A DNA stretch of 64,000 bases from NCBI GenBank assembly GCA_964291405.2, contig OZ219926.1, positions 3,520,001 to 3,584,000 on the forward strand, in the 5' to 3' direction. Shown piece by piece: positions 36,835 through 47,785 of this stretch. Each line of letters starts with the position of its first letter. The stretch's first letter is position 1. Origin of the DNA: Thermodesulfobacteriota bacterium. Its GTDB lineage: Bacteria > Desulfobacterota > Binatia > Bin18. The notes under the pieces are model-generated. The model was not told the origin of the DNA and made no database searches. It worked only from the letters and a program-made list of their open reading frames with translations. The translations under genes and the position numbers were made by a program.

Positions 36835-37929
36835 CTACAGCGGTGGCAATAGCCGGGCGTCTTGGAAGCGTTTGAAGCACGCCCGGAAATTGTCTTCCGT
36901 ATCCAGGCATTCGTGAAAGCCGGCTTGCCGCAGTTTGATTGTACTCACCAGCATGGGCGGTGGAGACTGGTCTCTGCTGCCATAGCCGAATGTAAAATCA
37001 GCCAGAATAAAGGACTGTCCCACAAATTCTTTCAAGCTGGTGGGGGCGCGTAGATCGTACTGCTTGACAATAGCCGCCCACTCGGCTTCATGCTTGGGCA
37101 TCTCTTCCGCAAGAGAGCATGGCTCTGGTGGGCCCACCTCCATGCCTAGCGCATCAGCGATAGCTGGCCACACATTTTGCCACACAAAGACATCACCGTT
37201 CGTAATATTAAAAATTTCGTTCTGCGCGTTTTCTGATGTCCCTGCCCACTCGCACGCTCGGGCAATCATTCCTGCATCAATTGCTTCGAGAACAAAAGAT
37301 GGGCCACCGGGGAAGGACAAGGGTAGCCCGGCCTCCTTGCGCAACGCAGCATACACGCCCAGAGCAGGAATGACGTTCATATTGCTACCCAGCGATTGTC
37401 CCAGGATGAGTTGAGGTCGCCAGACTGTCCAGTGCCAGTTTTTGCCGGGCTGTCGCTCGCGCAAATAATCTTCTTGTAGAAAATAGAAGTTCTCGTGTTG
37501 GTGGCGCGGCCAGCGTTCGCGGGCCGGGACGGGAAAGGGTTCAATATGCACTCCATACGCCTTTGTGCCTTGGAGTAAAGAGACGTGCTGAAGGTTTTGC
37601 GCGACGGCTTCGAGTGGAGAGAAGAGATTATCCAGCATGGCCAGATTGGTTTCCATCTGGTCTTTCTGAAACCAGCCTTCGACCAGCCCTGGCTTTTCGT
37701 ACAGCGCCGTATAGATCAGATGGGTCACGTCCGACATGCGGCCAAAGACTTCCGCACAGCGGGCCGTATCCGTCAGATCGACCGAAATGACCTCAGCGCC
37801 TTCGAGTCCGTCAGGGATACGGCGCGAAACCCCAACCACATCCCAATCGTCCTGCTGCGCGAAGTGCTCGACCGCGGCGTAACCAACCAAACCGGATGCA
37901 CCCGCCACCAACATCTTTTTCTTGGACAT
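36835..37929 (-). CDS. Atypical SDR, progesterone 5-beta-reductase/PRISE-like
   Basis: GASGLVG, LQGTKAYG, NFYFLQED, WTVWRP, FNITNGDVF.W, STIKLRQAGF. Confidence 0.88.
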   Translation of the reverse strand: MSKKKMLVAGASGLVGYAAVEHFAQQDDWDVVGVSRRIPDGLEGAEVISVDLTDTARCAEVFGRMSDVTHLIYTALYEKPGLVEGWFQKDQMETNLAMLDNLFSPLEAVAQNLQHVSLLQGTKAYGVHIEPFPVPARERWPRHQHENFYFLQEDYLRERQPGKNWHWTVWRPQLILGQSLGSNMNVIPALGVYAALRKEAGLPLSFPGGPSFVLEAIDAGMIARACEWAGTSENAQNEIFNITNGDVFVWQNVWPAIADALGMEVGPPEPCSLAEEMPKHEAEWAAIVKQYDLRAPTSLKEFVGQSFILADFTFGYGSRDQSPPPMLVSTIKLRQAGFHECLDTEDNFRACFKRFQDARLLPPL

Positions 37930-37972
37930 AAGAAATTCTCCTTCAGAACAGACAAAGCCCGGCGGCGAAAAC

Positions 37973-38983
37973 TCAGCGAAAACACTCTGCTAGCCCGATC
38001 GCGGCCAGCCAGTCTTGGACGGTCCGGCGTTCTTCTGCGTCGATTTGATTCGCAATGCGGTTGACGAGCATGCGCCGGGATAACTCGGGATAGGGGCGAG
38101 AGAGGTAGCTGACCTCTTCTGCATAGGTTGTCACAACAAAGGCTTTCGTGCCGCTGGCTTGGGCCTGGGAGTTCGCCAGGATGTAGGGCTTATAGGTTGT
38201 TGGCATTTCCGAGAGTATCATCTGCGCAAAGGGAGTCGACTGCGGGAACGACGCCAACTCTCCAGTCCCGTCCCAGCGGTCTGCATCTCGCTCGCACCAC
38301 GCGACAATACGGGGATACCGAGCGACGATCTTTTTTGGGTCAGGGTCCATATAGGTGTGCGCTCGCAGGCCGCCCAGGACGATAGTATCAACCGCGCACG
38401 GGCGGGTGCCTAACAGATAGGGCGTCTGCTGAAGTTGTCGGTCTATGGCATCAAGAATACGGATATATTCGGCCTCTGCGGCGCGTTGTTGTTGCTCGGA
38501 AGCGGTACCGGTGGCACGACAGGCCCGATTTCCCCATTCGGCAATCGGCGCGTTTGTGAGGGCCGCGGCAATGGTTGTCTCGTCCGCGTCCGGCATGGTT
38601 GCTCGGGTAATCCGCTCGGCGGCAAAGCGGCTGCTTTCTTCATAATGCCACCGATAATGGACCATCACCCGTGCCACCCACTCGTCCAAGAACTCTTCAA
38701 TGACATGCACGAGGACGCCAAGCGGGCCGTGAGGAAACAGCGCTCGGGCGGGATACCGATTGTCCAGCAGCATCATGAGGGGGGTCGTATCGCCGATCAT
38801 CCAGTTCTCGGGTGTGTGTAAGACCGGGACTTGATGGGTCCCTGAACGGTGCTCAATCTCTTGCCGGTTCGCCTGGGTTTTTGGCTTGCGAACAAATGGC
38901 GCGCCATAAAAAATCAGGGCCGCTTCGAGCTTGCGGGTGAACAGGCTGAGTTCCAGGCCGTAGACGGTATATTGATAGTCCAC
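37973..38983 (-). CDS. GST-like protein
   Basis: YG.ELSLFTRK, QVPVL, DTTP, EEFLDEW..R.MVHYRW, YLLG.RP. Confidence 0.8.
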   Translation of the reverse strand: MDYQYTVYGLELSLFTRKLEAALIFYGAPFVRKPKTQANRQEIEHRSGTHQVPVLHTPENWMIGDTTPLMMLLDNRYPARALFPHGPLGVLVHVIEEFLDEWVARVMVHYRWHYEESSRFAAERITRATMPDADETTIAAALTNAPIAEWGNRACRATGTASEQQQRAAEAEYIRILDAIDRQLQQTPYLLGTRPCAVDTIVLGGLRAHTYMDPDPKKIVARYPRIVAWCERDADRWDGTGELASFPQSTPFAQMILSEMPTTYKPYILANSQAQASGTKAFVVTTYAEEVSYLSRPYPELSRRMLVNRIANQIDAEERRTVQDWLAAIGLAECFR

Positions 38984-39118
38984 GCGTTTCCTTTCCTCTA
39001 GAGCGGTGTGAAAAGAGGTCTATCATGCGGTTAGACGGAAATGAATGAGCAATTCGGTACAGGGCCGTACCGCGAGCGGAGTTTTTTCTTCTCGGCTTTT
39101 CTGCCATGTTAGCAGTCG

Positions 39119-39949
39119 ATGAAAGATCACAAGGCTGCCCATTCTTTGACGATGAAAAACGGAGTACCAGGGAAACGGCTATCCAGGGGGCAATGGTCGG
39201 GACTGCTTGTCCTCAGCCTGCTACTCTGCCCGCCCGTTCTCGCTTCCGCCGAAGAAACGCCGCGTGAACAAATCGGTACCGTGTTGGGACAGCCGGTGTA
39301 TAGAGACCAACTCTCGGCCAAAGGGGGCGTGGCGCTCTCGAACGAATTGCACAATCTGTTCAGTCACCCGGTGATGCAGCAGTATCGTGCAGCCCACAGC
39401 AAGGAGCTTCAACCCACGGAGCACGAGGTCTCGAATGCGACCGCGCATTTTGATGGCTGGCATAACGAACGCCTCAAGGCTCAGGACCACCCGCTCAAAG
39501 ACCGCCGGGCGGAGATTGAACAAGTGCTTGCCAAGCCAGGACTGGCGGCGGAGGAGAAACAACAGCTTGAGGACGAACGGCAAGCGATTGATAGTCAGCT
39601 CAGACCACCCGGACGACGTTTTGCCGGCTGGATGGTCGTCAACTGGAAACTCCAGCGTCATTTATACAAGGAATACGGTGGTGGGCGGGTCTTATGGCAA
39701 CAAGCCGGGCTTGAAGCCTTTGACGCCATGCACGTCTGGCTGAAGCAGCGCGAGAAAGCGGGAGACTTTGCCATCTCCGACCCGCTCCTGCATGAGCAAT
39801 TCTATGCGTACTGGACGACGGTGGACCACGGCCCGTCGCTGAGCGACGATCCTCTTTTTATTGAGGAGGAATTTCTCAATCCGTATTGGTTGCGACCGTT
39901 TATCGGTGATTCGCTGCAGAAGAATCTGGAGGCGGACCAGCGCCGATGA
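39119..39949 (+). CDS. Secreted hypothetical protein
   Basis: Signal-like hydrophobic stretch, coiled region, LYKEYGGGRVLWQQAGLEAFDA motif. Start position uncertain. Confidence 0.65.
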   Translation: MKDHKAAHSLTMKNGVPGKRLSRGQWSGLLVLSLLLCPPVLASAEETPREQIGTVLGQPVYRDQLSAKGGVALSNELHNLFSHPVMQQYRAAHSKELQPTEHEVSNATAHFDGWHNERLKAQDHPLKDRRAEIEQVLAKPGLAAEEKQQLEDERQAIDSQLRPPGRRFAGWMVVNWKLQRHLYKEYGGGRVLWQQAGLEAFDAMHVWLKQREKAGDFAISDPLLHEQFYAYWTTVDHGPSLSDDPLFIEEEFLNPYWLRPFIGDSLQKNLEADQRR

Positions 39950-39965
39950 TGTCGCTCCGCCCGCG

Positions 39966-41252
39966 CTATACCAGCACCTCGTTCTGAACGATCTGATCCA
40001 GTGTCTGCCGCTTGCGGATGAGCACGGGTTCTTGCTCCGGCCCGCGGTAGAGCACCTCCGGCGCTTCCGGAAACGAGTTGTAGTTTTTGGAGCTCATGCC
40101 GGAGCAATACGCGCCCGAGCCTTCAATCACCAGGTAATCGCCAATTCCGGCATCACGGAGCGCGCGGGGTTCCAGCGCTTCCGGGTCGCCGGCCGAAGGC
40201 GTGAGGATATCCCCGGATTCACAGCAGTGGCCGGCAACAATAGCGTCGATGGTCGGCTGTTGCTCTTGCTCGGCTGCCTCCGTTGCCAGGACAACAACGA
40301 GCGGATGCTGCGCGCCATACATGCTGGGACGGAGCACCTCCGTCATGCCGCTGTCGATCTTGAGAAAGTCATAGCCGTCTTTCCCGGTGCGGGTCCGGTC
40401 CTGGATCGTGGTAATCACGCAGCCAGCATTGGCGACCAGATACGTCCCCGGCTCGACTTCCAGGCGGATTCTTCTGCCTGTGGCTTCCCCAAAGGCCACA
40501 AAAGTCTGGACCACGGGCTGGCCGACCTCTTGCAGGTCGGTTGAGGTTTCGTGGCTCATCCGTCCCACCTTATACCCCCCGCCAAGGTTGAGCGTGTGCG
40601 CCTCCGGAAAATGTTCCAACAGGCCAATACTCATACCCGCCACATGCTGCCACACCTCGGGGTCTGAGCCTGAGCCAATATGGGTATGAATTCGGATAAC
40701 CCTGAGCCCATGCTGTTGCACAATGTCCTGGACCGTTGCTCTATCCTCGTGCCAGATCCCAAAGCTTGCCGCCGGGCCACCCACATTGGTTCGGTTCGTC
40801 CCGCCGGAGCCGAGGCCGGGATTGAAGCGGATGCCGAGTTCCTGGCCTGGAAAATGCTCGCCAAAATAGCGCAACTGATCGAGCGAACAGGCGTTGAATG
40901 CGACACCGGCGGTGTGTAAATCCTGGAAATTCTGTGGAAGCTCCTGGGCGGTCAAGGCGATCTTCTGGGTGGCGATGCCGGCTTTCATGGCCCGTTCGAC
41001 CTCAAAGCCGGAGCTGGCGTCAAAATGCAGTCCCAGACGGTCAAACAAACGAAGAATATTGCCGTTGGGCAGGGCCTTCATGGCGTAGCGCGCTGTCAGA
41101 CCGAAGGCGTTTGGAAAGTGCAAAACCTCTTGGGCGGCCTGGGTGAGTCGCGCCTCGTCGTAGACATACACTGGTGTCCCGAATTGCTGCGCGATTTTCC
41201 GCACTGCACTGTGAGAAAGAAAACTGGTGGTCTCAATGGCTTGCGTTGACAT
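39966..41252 (-). CDS. lysA: Diaminopimelate decarboxylase
   Basis: [14 protein letters not shown] (PLP Lys), [39 protein letters not shown]. Confidence 0.93.
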   Translation of the reverse strand: MSTQAIETTSFLSHSAVRKIAQQFGTPVYVYDEARLTQAAQEVLHFPNAFGLTARYAMKALPNGNILRLFDRLGLHFDASSGFEVERAMKAGIATQKIALTAQELPQNFQDLHTAGVAFNACSLDQLRYFGEHFPGQELGIRFNPGLGSGGTNRTNVGGPAASFGIWHEDRATVQDIVQQHGLRVIRIHTHIGSGSDPEVWQHVAGMSIGLLEHFPEAHTLNLGGGYKVGRMSHETSTDLQEVGQPVVQTFVAFGEATGRRIRLEVEPGTYLVANAGCVITTIQDRTRTGKDGYDFLKIDSGMTEVLRPSMYGAQHPLVVVLATEAAEQEQQPTIDAIVAGHCCESGDILTPSAGDPEALEPRALRDAGIGDYLVIEGSGAYCSGMSSKNYNSFPEAPEVLYRGPEQEPVLIRKRQTLDQIVQNEVLV

Positions 41253-41323
41253 TGTGCTCCTCTGTATATCGGAACGCGGACAATTGTCGAGGACGGGCAG
41301 CCGGCTGGACGAGGAACGTGGCC

Positions 41324-41995
41324 TTAGCGGCAGACGGTGCCGTCGTTGTCGGCGTCGTGCATATAGATATAGGCCGGATGGCCCCGGCGCACCGGGGCGA
41401 TGCCGTGGCGGCGCGCTTCGGCGCAGGTGATGCGGCCATTGCCGTTATCGTCGTATCGCTCGAGTACGCTAGCCGGACGGGTCCTTGAGGGTCTCCGCTT
41501 CCTGACCCCTACACCCCAGAGGCCCAGGCCAGCCCGCTGGGCCTCGCGTTCATAGCGCCGGAAGCGGTCTCTATAGCGGAACGGGAAGCGTTTTATCAGC
41601 CTGCCATACCCATGCTGAATGAGCATCTCGTTGACAAAGACGCCGTTTGGCAGATGAACATAGGCCAGAGTGCGCCCGTACTTGTCCGTTCTCTGCTGGT
41701 CGTATTGAAGACGTATCTGCTTGCCTTCGACGAGGCGCTGCGTGAACGCGCGCGCCTCCTTGCCGAAGGGCGCGTCCCATTCGGGGGTATCGACCCCAAT
41801 GAGTCGGACTTCCCCAACGCCTCGAACCTGGAGTGAGTCGCCATCAATGACCTTATCCACGATTTGAGCCTGAGCGGGGGCTGATACGAGACAGGTCAAA
41901 ATGACCGTCAGGCTGAGCCAGACGCCGGACGCCGCCTTGTGCTTAGCCTGTGGGTTCGGTATGCCTGCTAATGGAAGAAAAGTGTTTCTGATCAT
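41324..41995 (-). CDS. Secreted thermonuclease (SNase) with C-terminal Excalibur Ca-binding domain
   Basis: [25 protein letters not shown], then TCAEAR..G...V.RGHPAY...DADNDGTVC. Confidence 0.9.
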   Translation of the reverse strand: MIRNTFLPLAGIPNPQAKHKAASGVWLSLTVILTCLVSAPAQAQIVDKVIDGDSLQVRGVGEVRLIGVDTPEWDAPFGKEARAFTQRLVEGKQIRLQYDQQRTDKYGRTLAYVHLPNGVFVNEMLIQHGYGRLIKRFPFRYRDRFRRYEREAQRAGLGLWGVGVRKRRPSRTRPASVLERYDDNGNGRITCAEARRHGIAPVRRGHPAYIYMHDADNDGTVCR

Positions 41996-42024
41996 AGGAG
42001 AATGACGAAAGAGGAGGTCGTCTT

Positions 42025-42861
42025 ATGACTCATCCCCAACCCGTTCGCGTTCACCTGATTGTCGGTGGGTTTCCGCCGGGCTCTCCGGCAGGGCACGATA
42101 TGGACTATGCCCGGCTACGGATTCTTCAGCTTTTACTACACGAGCAACCCAATGTCACGGCCTCGGTCAGCGGTGACTTCACCGACATCGATAAATGGCT
42201 GCCTGGGTGTCATTTGCTGGTGACCTATGTCGCCGGCCCGTTCCCCAACGAAACGCAAAACAGCTTCCTCCGACAGTGGCTCGAAGACGGCGGGCGTTGG
42301 CTGGGGCTGCACGGGACGAGTGGCGGAAAGGCAGCACCTGTGGGCAACGACCGACGCGTACGGAAAATGGTCAAGGCCGACCACCACACGACCCTGGGCG
42401 GTTTCTTTCTGAATCACCCGCCGCTGCGCAAGTTCCAGGTTGATGTGGTCAATCGGCAGCATGTCTTGACCAAGGAACTGCCCGCTTCGTTTGAGGTCAT
42501 GGACGAGCTGTATCTGATTGAACTCCAGGAACCAGAGGCTTCAGAGATTCTGTTGACCACCGAGTTGGCAAAAGACCCGTCCCCTTCGGGGTTTGGCTTT
42601 GTGTACGATGAAGACACCGCCCTGCAACCGGATGGAAAAACACGGGTGCTGGGCTTTACCCGAGCGTTGGGTAGGGGAGGGGTCGCCTATATTGCGCTGG
42701 GTCACTGCCATTCAACAACCAGTAATATGCAGCCGTTTGTTGATACGAGCGTCGATGCCGCGAGCACAACGCCTCAGGTCTTTCGCGGCTCGTGGGACAC
42801 TCAGCCATTTGAACAATTGCTCCGCAATGGAATCGAGTGGGGCTGTAGTCATAGTGCCTGA
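42025..42861 (+). CDS. ThuA-like domain protein
   Basis: HDMDYARL, GGRWLGLHGT, F..HPP...F.V, DELY, VAYIALGH. Confidence 0.8.
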   Translation: MTHPQPVRVHLIVGGFPPGSPAGHDMDYARLRILQLLLHEQPNVTASVSGDFTDIDKWLPGCHLLVTYVAGPFPNETQNSFLRQWLEDGGRWLGLHGTSGGKAAPVGNDRRVRKMVKADHHTTLGGFFLNHPPLRKFQVDVVNRQHVLTKELPASFEVMDELYLIELQEPEASEILLTTELAKDPSPSGFGFVYDEDTALQPDGKTRVLGFTRALGRGGVAYIALGHCHSTTSNMQPFVDTSVDAASTTPQVFRGSWDTQPFEQLLRNGIEWGCSHSA

Positions 42862-43640
42862 TGCCGACGGTCGTGATACCAGCAGCGTTTTCGCTTGAGG
42901 GAAAAATTGCGCTGATTACCGGTGGGGGACGCGGGCTGGGCCTGGAAATCGGCCGGGCCTTTGGGCGGCATGGGGCTCTGGTGCTCGTCAACGGCCGCCG
43001 CCGGAACCAGCTTGAGCGGGCTCTGGCCGCCATTACCGACGAGGGGGGCAGGGCCGAGGCGCTGGTGTGTGATGTTGCCGACGAAGGAGCCGTATCTGCC
43101 GCCTTCCAACATATTCGAGCCACCTACGGTCGGCTCGATATTCTGGTGAACAACGTTGGCCGGCGCGACCGTCGAAAACTCTTTGAATTCGAGCTGAATA
43201 CGATTCGCCAGCTCATCGACGTGAACCTGCTTGCGCCTTTCAATATGAGCCGAGAAGCGGGCCGCCTGATGATTGAGCATGGCAGCGGGCGGATTATTAA
43301 TATCACCTCAATCGCCGGTCCGATTGCCAATAGCGGGGACGCCGCGTATACCGCGACCAAGGGTGGCCTTGAAGCGTTGACGCGAGCCTTGGCGGCCGAA
43401 TTGGGTCCGTCCGGTATTACCGTCAACGCCATCGCGCCGGGATTTTTTGCCACTGAGACAAACAGTGACCTTGTTGCGGACCGAAAAATTGCCAGCATGC
43501 TGAAACGGCGTACCGCGCTCGGACGGTGGGGCAAGCCCGCGGAGATCGCGGGGGCGGCGGTCTTTCTGGCCTCGCCGGCAGCCTCGTATATCACCGGACA
43601 AGTGCTGGCGGTCGACGGCGGCTACCTGGCTCATTTCTGA
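42861..43640 (+). CDS. SDR, gluconate 5-dehydrogenase-like
   Basis: TGGGRGLG, YTATK, NAIAPGFFATE, GRWG.P.EI.GA. Confidence 0.9.
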   Translation: MPTVVIPAAFSLEGKIALITGGGRGLGLEIGRAFGRHGALVLVNGRRRNQLERALAAITDEGGRAEALVCDVADEGAVSAAFQHIRATYGRLDILVNNVGRRDRRKLFEFELNTIRQLIDVNLLAPFNMSREAGRLMIEHGSGRIINITSIAGPIANSGDAAYTATKGGLEALTRALAAELGPSGITVNAIAPGFFATETNSDLVADRKIASMLKRRTALGRWGKPAEIAGAAVFLASPAASYITGQVLAVDGGYLAHF

Positions 43641-43729
43641 CGGTTGATTTTTTTCTCGCCCGCCTGGATAAAGAAAGGACGAGTTTGGGAACTGCGGCCA
43701 ATCGGTTCGGCAACATGGGAGGAAGAGCG

Positions 43730-44578
43730 ATGACGCTTCAGATTACGCCATTAAGTGATGCCCTCGGGGCTGAGGTGGCAGGTGTCGATTGGACACAGCC
43801 AGTCAGTGATACGACCGTCGCGGCCATTAAGGACGCCTTTTTGACCCATCACCTCGTGTGTTTACGCTCAGCACCGCTGACGCCGGCGGCCTTCGCCCAA
43901 GTCAGCCGGTATTTTGGTGAACCCCAAATCCAACTGCTGCGGAATATGCGGGTTGAGGAGGTCCCGGAAGTCTCGGTCTTTAACAGCACGTATAAAAAAG
44001 CGGAAGACAAACCGGCCGACTTGATACTCGACCGGCGCTCGGGCTGGCATACGGATGACTCCTATTTTGCGGTTCCGGCCCAAGTGACGCTCTTACAGGC
44101 TCTGGAAATTCCTGGACATGGTGGGGAAACTCGTTTTTGCAATGCGCGCGCGGCCTACGAAGATTTATCCGCAGAGATGAAGGCCCGCCTCGACAGGCTG
44201 CGTGCCGTTCACAGCTATGATACCATGCGTGCTCCGGCCCGAGCGATGAAGCGCACCAAGGAAGAAGCGGCGGAAACGCCGGATGTCGTTCATCCCTTAA
44301 TTCGCACTCACGATGAGACGGGCCAAAAAGCGATTTATTTTAACTCGAACCGGACTGACCGAATCCTGGAGATGGAACGGGAAGCAAGTGACGCGCTGCT
44401 CGATCAAATCCATACCCATATGACACAACCGCAATATCAGTATCATCATGCCTGGCAGGTCGGAGACGTACTCATGTGGGATAACCGGAGCGTGACGCAT
44501 TCGGTCAATATGGATTTTCCTCCGGGCCAACGCCGTGTCCATCAGCGTATTCTGCTCAAGGGCTCGGTGCCAGCGTAG
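43730..44578 (+). CDS. TauD/TfdA family Fe/2OG dioxygenase
   Basis: LGAEV.GVD, WHTDDSY (HxD), HPLIRTH.ETG, WDNRSVTH...R. Confidence 0.93.
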   Translation: MTLQITPLSDALGAEVAGVDWTQPVSDTTVAAIKDAFLTHHLVCLRSAPLTPAAFAQVSRYFGEPQIQLLRNMRVEEVPEVSVFNSTYKKAEDKPADLILDRRSGWHTDDSYFAVPAQVTLLQALEIPGHGGETRFCNARAAYEDLSAEMKARLDRLRAVHSYDTMRAPARAMKRTKEEAAETPDVVHPLIRTHDETGQKAIYFNSNRTDRILEMEREASDALLDQIHTHMTQPQYQYHHAWQVGDVLMWDNRSVTHSVNMDFPPGQRRVHQRILLKGSVPA

Positions 44579-44630
44579 GGAGACGTGCAACCGCGCTCTA
44601 CTCTTTCTTTCTGTTCTACTCTTGCCTTGG

Positions 44631-44662
44631 AGGGTGGGTCTGTCGGACCCACCCTTTTTTTT
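44631..44662 (+). terminator. Rho-independent terminator
   Basis: AGGGTGGGTC-TGTCG-GACCCACCC followed by a T8 run. Confidence 0.85.
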
Positions 44663-44714
44663 GTGTGGGCATATGGGGTAGGGTGACGCTGCGAAAGGCT
44701 GGAGTACAAACTGT

Positions 44715-45839
44715 ATGAAATTTCACGCGATTGCCTATTGTACGGTAGGAACCCGAAAAGAGCTCGAATGTGGCATGGCCGGCAAGCGACCCGAGCTCTA
44801 CCAGCGCATGCTCAAAGACCTCAAAGAATACGTCACGGTTTGTGATCAAGCTGGTTTTGAAGGCTTTGGCCACCCCGAGCATCATCTTCAGATCGAGGGC
44901 ATGGAAGCCACCGGCAGCCCCGGTTTACTGAGCATGTTTATTGGCCAGCACTCCACGCGCTTAAAGGTTGACGTGCTGGGCTATGTGCTCAACACTCACA
45001 ACCCTCTGCGCGTGGCGGAAGATGTAGCGATGATGGATCATATGCTTGAGGGCCGTCTGAACGTTGCCTTCGTGCGTGGCTATCAGGCGCGCTGGGTCCA
45101 AAATTATGGTAGCCTGCCCGGTGTCGAAGCCGTTGGCCACTGGAATAAAAAGCAAGCGTCCGATCTCAAAAACCGCAGAGCGTTCGAAGAGTCGGTCGCG
45201 GTCATCAAGAAGGCCTGGAGCACCGATACGTTTTCCCATCGTGGCGAGTTCTGGCAGTTTCCGCCCGAAGGCGCAAAAAATCCGCATCCCATGGAAGCGT
45301 ATACGCAGTTCGGCGCCGGGGTGAAGGATGACATGAGCATAGAAGAGATCGGCATCGCGCCACGTCCCTACCAGAAGCCCCACCCACCGCTGTATGCCGG
45401 CTTTACCCATAATACGGAATCCATTCGCTATTGGGGCCGGGAAGGTGGGAAGCCGATTATCATTCTGCTGCACGAGGAGTTATGTGCCCGCCTGCAAAGT
45501 GTTTATCGGGAGGAGGCGGAAAAGGCGGGCCGGACGGTACAACCCGGCACCGAACTGGCCTTAGGTGGTCAGCTCGTACTCACGGAAAATCCCTCGGAAA
45601 CGTCTCAGATCATGGCGGATACCCGCTGGTTCTGGGAAAAGTGGGGGATTCCGTTCGGACTGGGGGTTGCCGAGCCGTTGATCGGGGACCCGGACAGCGT
45701 GTCGCGCAAGATCGAGCTGGCCCAGAAGATCGGAACGGACGAAATGTTCTTCCTGCTGGGTGATGGGCTCCTGCCGCGGGATACCATTCTGCGCAGCTTC
45801 GAGCTCTTTGCCACGAAAGTGATGCCGCGTTTTGCCTAA
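44715..45839 (+). CDS. LLM (luciferase-like) flavin-dependent oxidoreductase
   Basis: EHH...EG, HNPLRVAED.AM.DHM..GRL.....RGYQ, PRPYQKPHPP, ELFATKVMP. Confidence 0.9.
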   Translation: MKFHAIAYCTVGTRKELECGMAGKRPELYQRMLKDLKEYVTVCDQAGFEGFGHPEHHLQIEGMEATGSPGLLSMFIGQHSTRLKVDVLGYVLNTHNPLRVAEDVAMMDHMLEGRLNVAFVRGYQARWVQNYGSLPGVEAVGHWNKKQASDLKNRRAFEESVAVIKKAWSTDTFSHRGEFWQFPPEGAKNPHPMEAYTQFGAGVKDDMSIEEIGIAPRPYQKPHPPLYAGFTHNTESIRYWGREGGKPIIILLHEELCARLQSVYREEAEKAGRTVQPGTELALGGQLVLTENPSETSQIMADTRWFWEKWGIPFGLGVAEPLIGDPDSVSRKIELAQKIGTDEMFFLLGDGLLPRDTILRSFELFATKVMPRFA

Positions 45840-45860
45840 GAGCGACAGAGAGAAAGCCGG

Positions 45861-46277
45861 ATGCACCAGCCTGATCGAGCCGGAGAAGCAGACGAATTGC
45901 GTTCGGCGTTCCCGCGTATTTACGATATTGCCCGGCAAATTCCCTACGGGCGGGTGGCAACCTACGGCCAAATCGCCCAAGTCATGGGACCACCGGTGAC
46001 TGCACGGGACGTTGGGGACGCCATGGCCGCCCTACGGGATGGACAGCCGGACCCGCCCGTGCCGTGGCAGCGGGTCATTAACGCCCAAGGCAGAGTGAGT
46101 ACCGGGCAACGTCAGCAGACTTTACTCGAACAGGAAGGCGTGGTCTTTACTGTCAAAGGCGTGACAGACCTTGGACGCTTTGGCTGGCAGGGGCCGGACC
46201 CGGATTGGGCCGAAGCGCATGGATTCCATCCCCTGAAAAACGCGAGTGAGGAGAAGAAACAGCTCGATCTGTTCTGA
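45861..46277 (+). CDS. MGMT-family alkyltransferase-like (ATL) protein
   Basis: IPYGRVATYGQIA and VPWQRV (W in place of the catalytic C), then Q..LLEQEGV. Confidence 0.88.
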   Translation: MHQPDRAGEADELRSAFPRIYDIARQIPYGRVATYGQIAQVMGPPVTARDVGDAMAALRDGQPDPPVPWQRVINAQGRVSTGQRQQTLLEQEGVVFTVKGVTDLGRFGWQGPDPDWAEAHGFHPLKNASEEKKQLDLF

Positions 46278-46296
46278 GCATTGCAAGAGGAAAACG

Positions 46297-46689
46297 ATGA
46301 GCACATTCAACGTCGATTTACTCCGTGAGTCGTCCGACGACGGCCCGGTTACCATGATTAACCTGATCAAGTATCGAACACACTCGCTTGACGGCGACGG
46401 AACGGGCCGGGAAGCCTACGCTCGGTATACCAAACCGGTCCAGAAGCTCGTTGAGGAGCGAGGCGGACGGGTGCTGTGGGCCGGGCCGGTAGCCGAAGCT
46501 GCCCTGCAGGAAGGGGGCGATGTGGATTGGGACTGGGCGATCCTCGTCTACTATCCCAGTCGAGCCGCTTTCATTGATATGGTGGAAAGCAAGGAATTTT
46601 TAGAAGCGAACGAACATCGACGGAACGGGGTTGAAAAGCATGTTATCATGGCGGCTCGAACCCTGTTGCTGGAAAACCTGCCGGAATAG
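46297..46689 (+). CDS. DUF1330 family protein
   Basis: GPVTMINLIKYR...GREAY.RY...GG...W.....V.YPSRAAF.DM. Confidence 0.8.
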   Translation: MSTFNVDLLRESSDDGPVTMINLIKYRTHSLDGDGTGREAYARYTKPVQKLVEERGGRVLWAGPVAEAALQEGGDVDWDWAILVYYPSRAAFIDMVESKEFLEANEHRRNGVEKHVIMAARTLLLENLPE

Positions 46690-46732
46690 TGAGTATCAGT
46701 AAGACCGCCAAACGAAGGACAAGGAGGATATT

Positions 46733-47191
46733 ATGGGTGAGGTCAAAATACCGGATAGTCTGCCAAGCTGGATTGCAGACCATTTGCAGCGCTACCTCGA
46801 TACGGATGGCGCTGACGGACATATGTGGGATTCCGCGCCGGTTGGTGGCCCAGGGCTCCTCCCGACACTGTTGCTGACCACAACGGGTCGTCGGTCAGGC
46901 AAGACAGGTATCATGCCCTTAATCTATGGCGAGGCTGATGGGAATTATATTGTGGTCGCGTCCAAAGGTGGTGCCCCCAAACATCCCGGCTGGTATCTGA
47001 ACTTGGCCGCCAACGAGGACGTTGAGGTGCAGGTGGAGGCCAGACGTTTTAAGGCCAAGGCACGAACCACCAGCGGAGACGAACGCGCTGTACTGTGGGA
47101 AAAAATGGCGGCCATTTATCCGCCCTATATTGACTATCAGGCCAAGACCGAGCGCGAGATTCCGGTGGTGGTGCTGGAGCCGGTGACGTAA
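46733..47191 (+). CDS. Deazaflavin (F420H2)-dependent nitroreductase family
   Basis: LLLTTTGRRSG, VVASKGGAPKHP.WYLNL, YQAKT.REIPVVVL. Confidence 0.93.
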   Translation: MGEVKIPDSLPSWIADHLQRYLDTDGADGHMWDSAPVGGPGLLPTLLLTTTGRRSGKTGIMPLIYGEADGNYIVVASKGGAPKHPGWYLNLAANEDVEVQVEARRFKAKARTTSGDERAVLWEKMAAIYPPYIDYQAKTEREIPVVVLEPVT

Positions 47192-47264
47192 TACGAACCC
47201 TCGCTGAATTCCTGCGAGGGGATATAAGCGTTCTACCAACCATCGCGTACAAGGAGGCACGCCA

Positions 47265-47726
47265 ATGAGTGACGAAATGCGTCGGGTTGTGGACGAAGCC
47301 GCCATCCGCCGGGTGATTGATCGCTACTGTCATGCGGTCGATCGTGGCAGCGCGGATGATGTGGCTGCGCTCTTTCATCCCAACGGGCGGTTAGTGGTCA
47401 GCATTGAAGAGAACGATGGCTATAATGGTCGTGAGGCCGTGCGTGAATGGTATGCGAACTACCATAAGCACTTCCGGGCCAAACTGACCCACCTCCGCCA
47501 TAAGATCTCCAACATTCAAATTGATCTGAACGGAGACGAGGCGCGGGTGGTATCCTATATGGACGCCGACCTCATCGCCAAAGACGAAACCACACCCCGT
47601 CAGGCGATTGGTCGATATGACGACCGCTTTGTCCGCGATGGTGGGGAATGGTACTTCGCCGAACGCGCGATTGTTGTGTACTACGCCGATGAGCGGCTGG
47701 CCGAATTGTTGAGCGCCGATTCGTAG
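47265..47726 (+). CDS. NTF2/SnoaL-like protein
   Basis: D..AIR....RYCHAVD, H..SN..I, GRYDD...R.GG.W.F..R. Confidence 0.88.
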   Translation: MSDEMRRVVDEAAIRRVIDRYCHAVDRGSADDVAALFHPNGRLVVSIEENDGYNGREAVREWYANYHKHFRAKLTHLRHKISNIQIDLNGDEARVVSYMDADLIAKDETTPRQAIGRYDDRFVRDGGEWYFAERAIVVYYADERLAELLSADS

Positions 47727-47732
47727 ACACTA

Positions 47733-47768
47733 AAAGGAGGATAGGTCGCCGGACCCATCCTCTTCTTT
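47733..47768. terminator. Hairpin between convergent genes
   Basis: AAAGGAGGATAGGTC-GCCG-GACCCATCCTCTTCTTT, imperfect stem. Confidence 0.55.
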
Positions 47769-47785
47769 ATTAGAGCCCCCTCAGA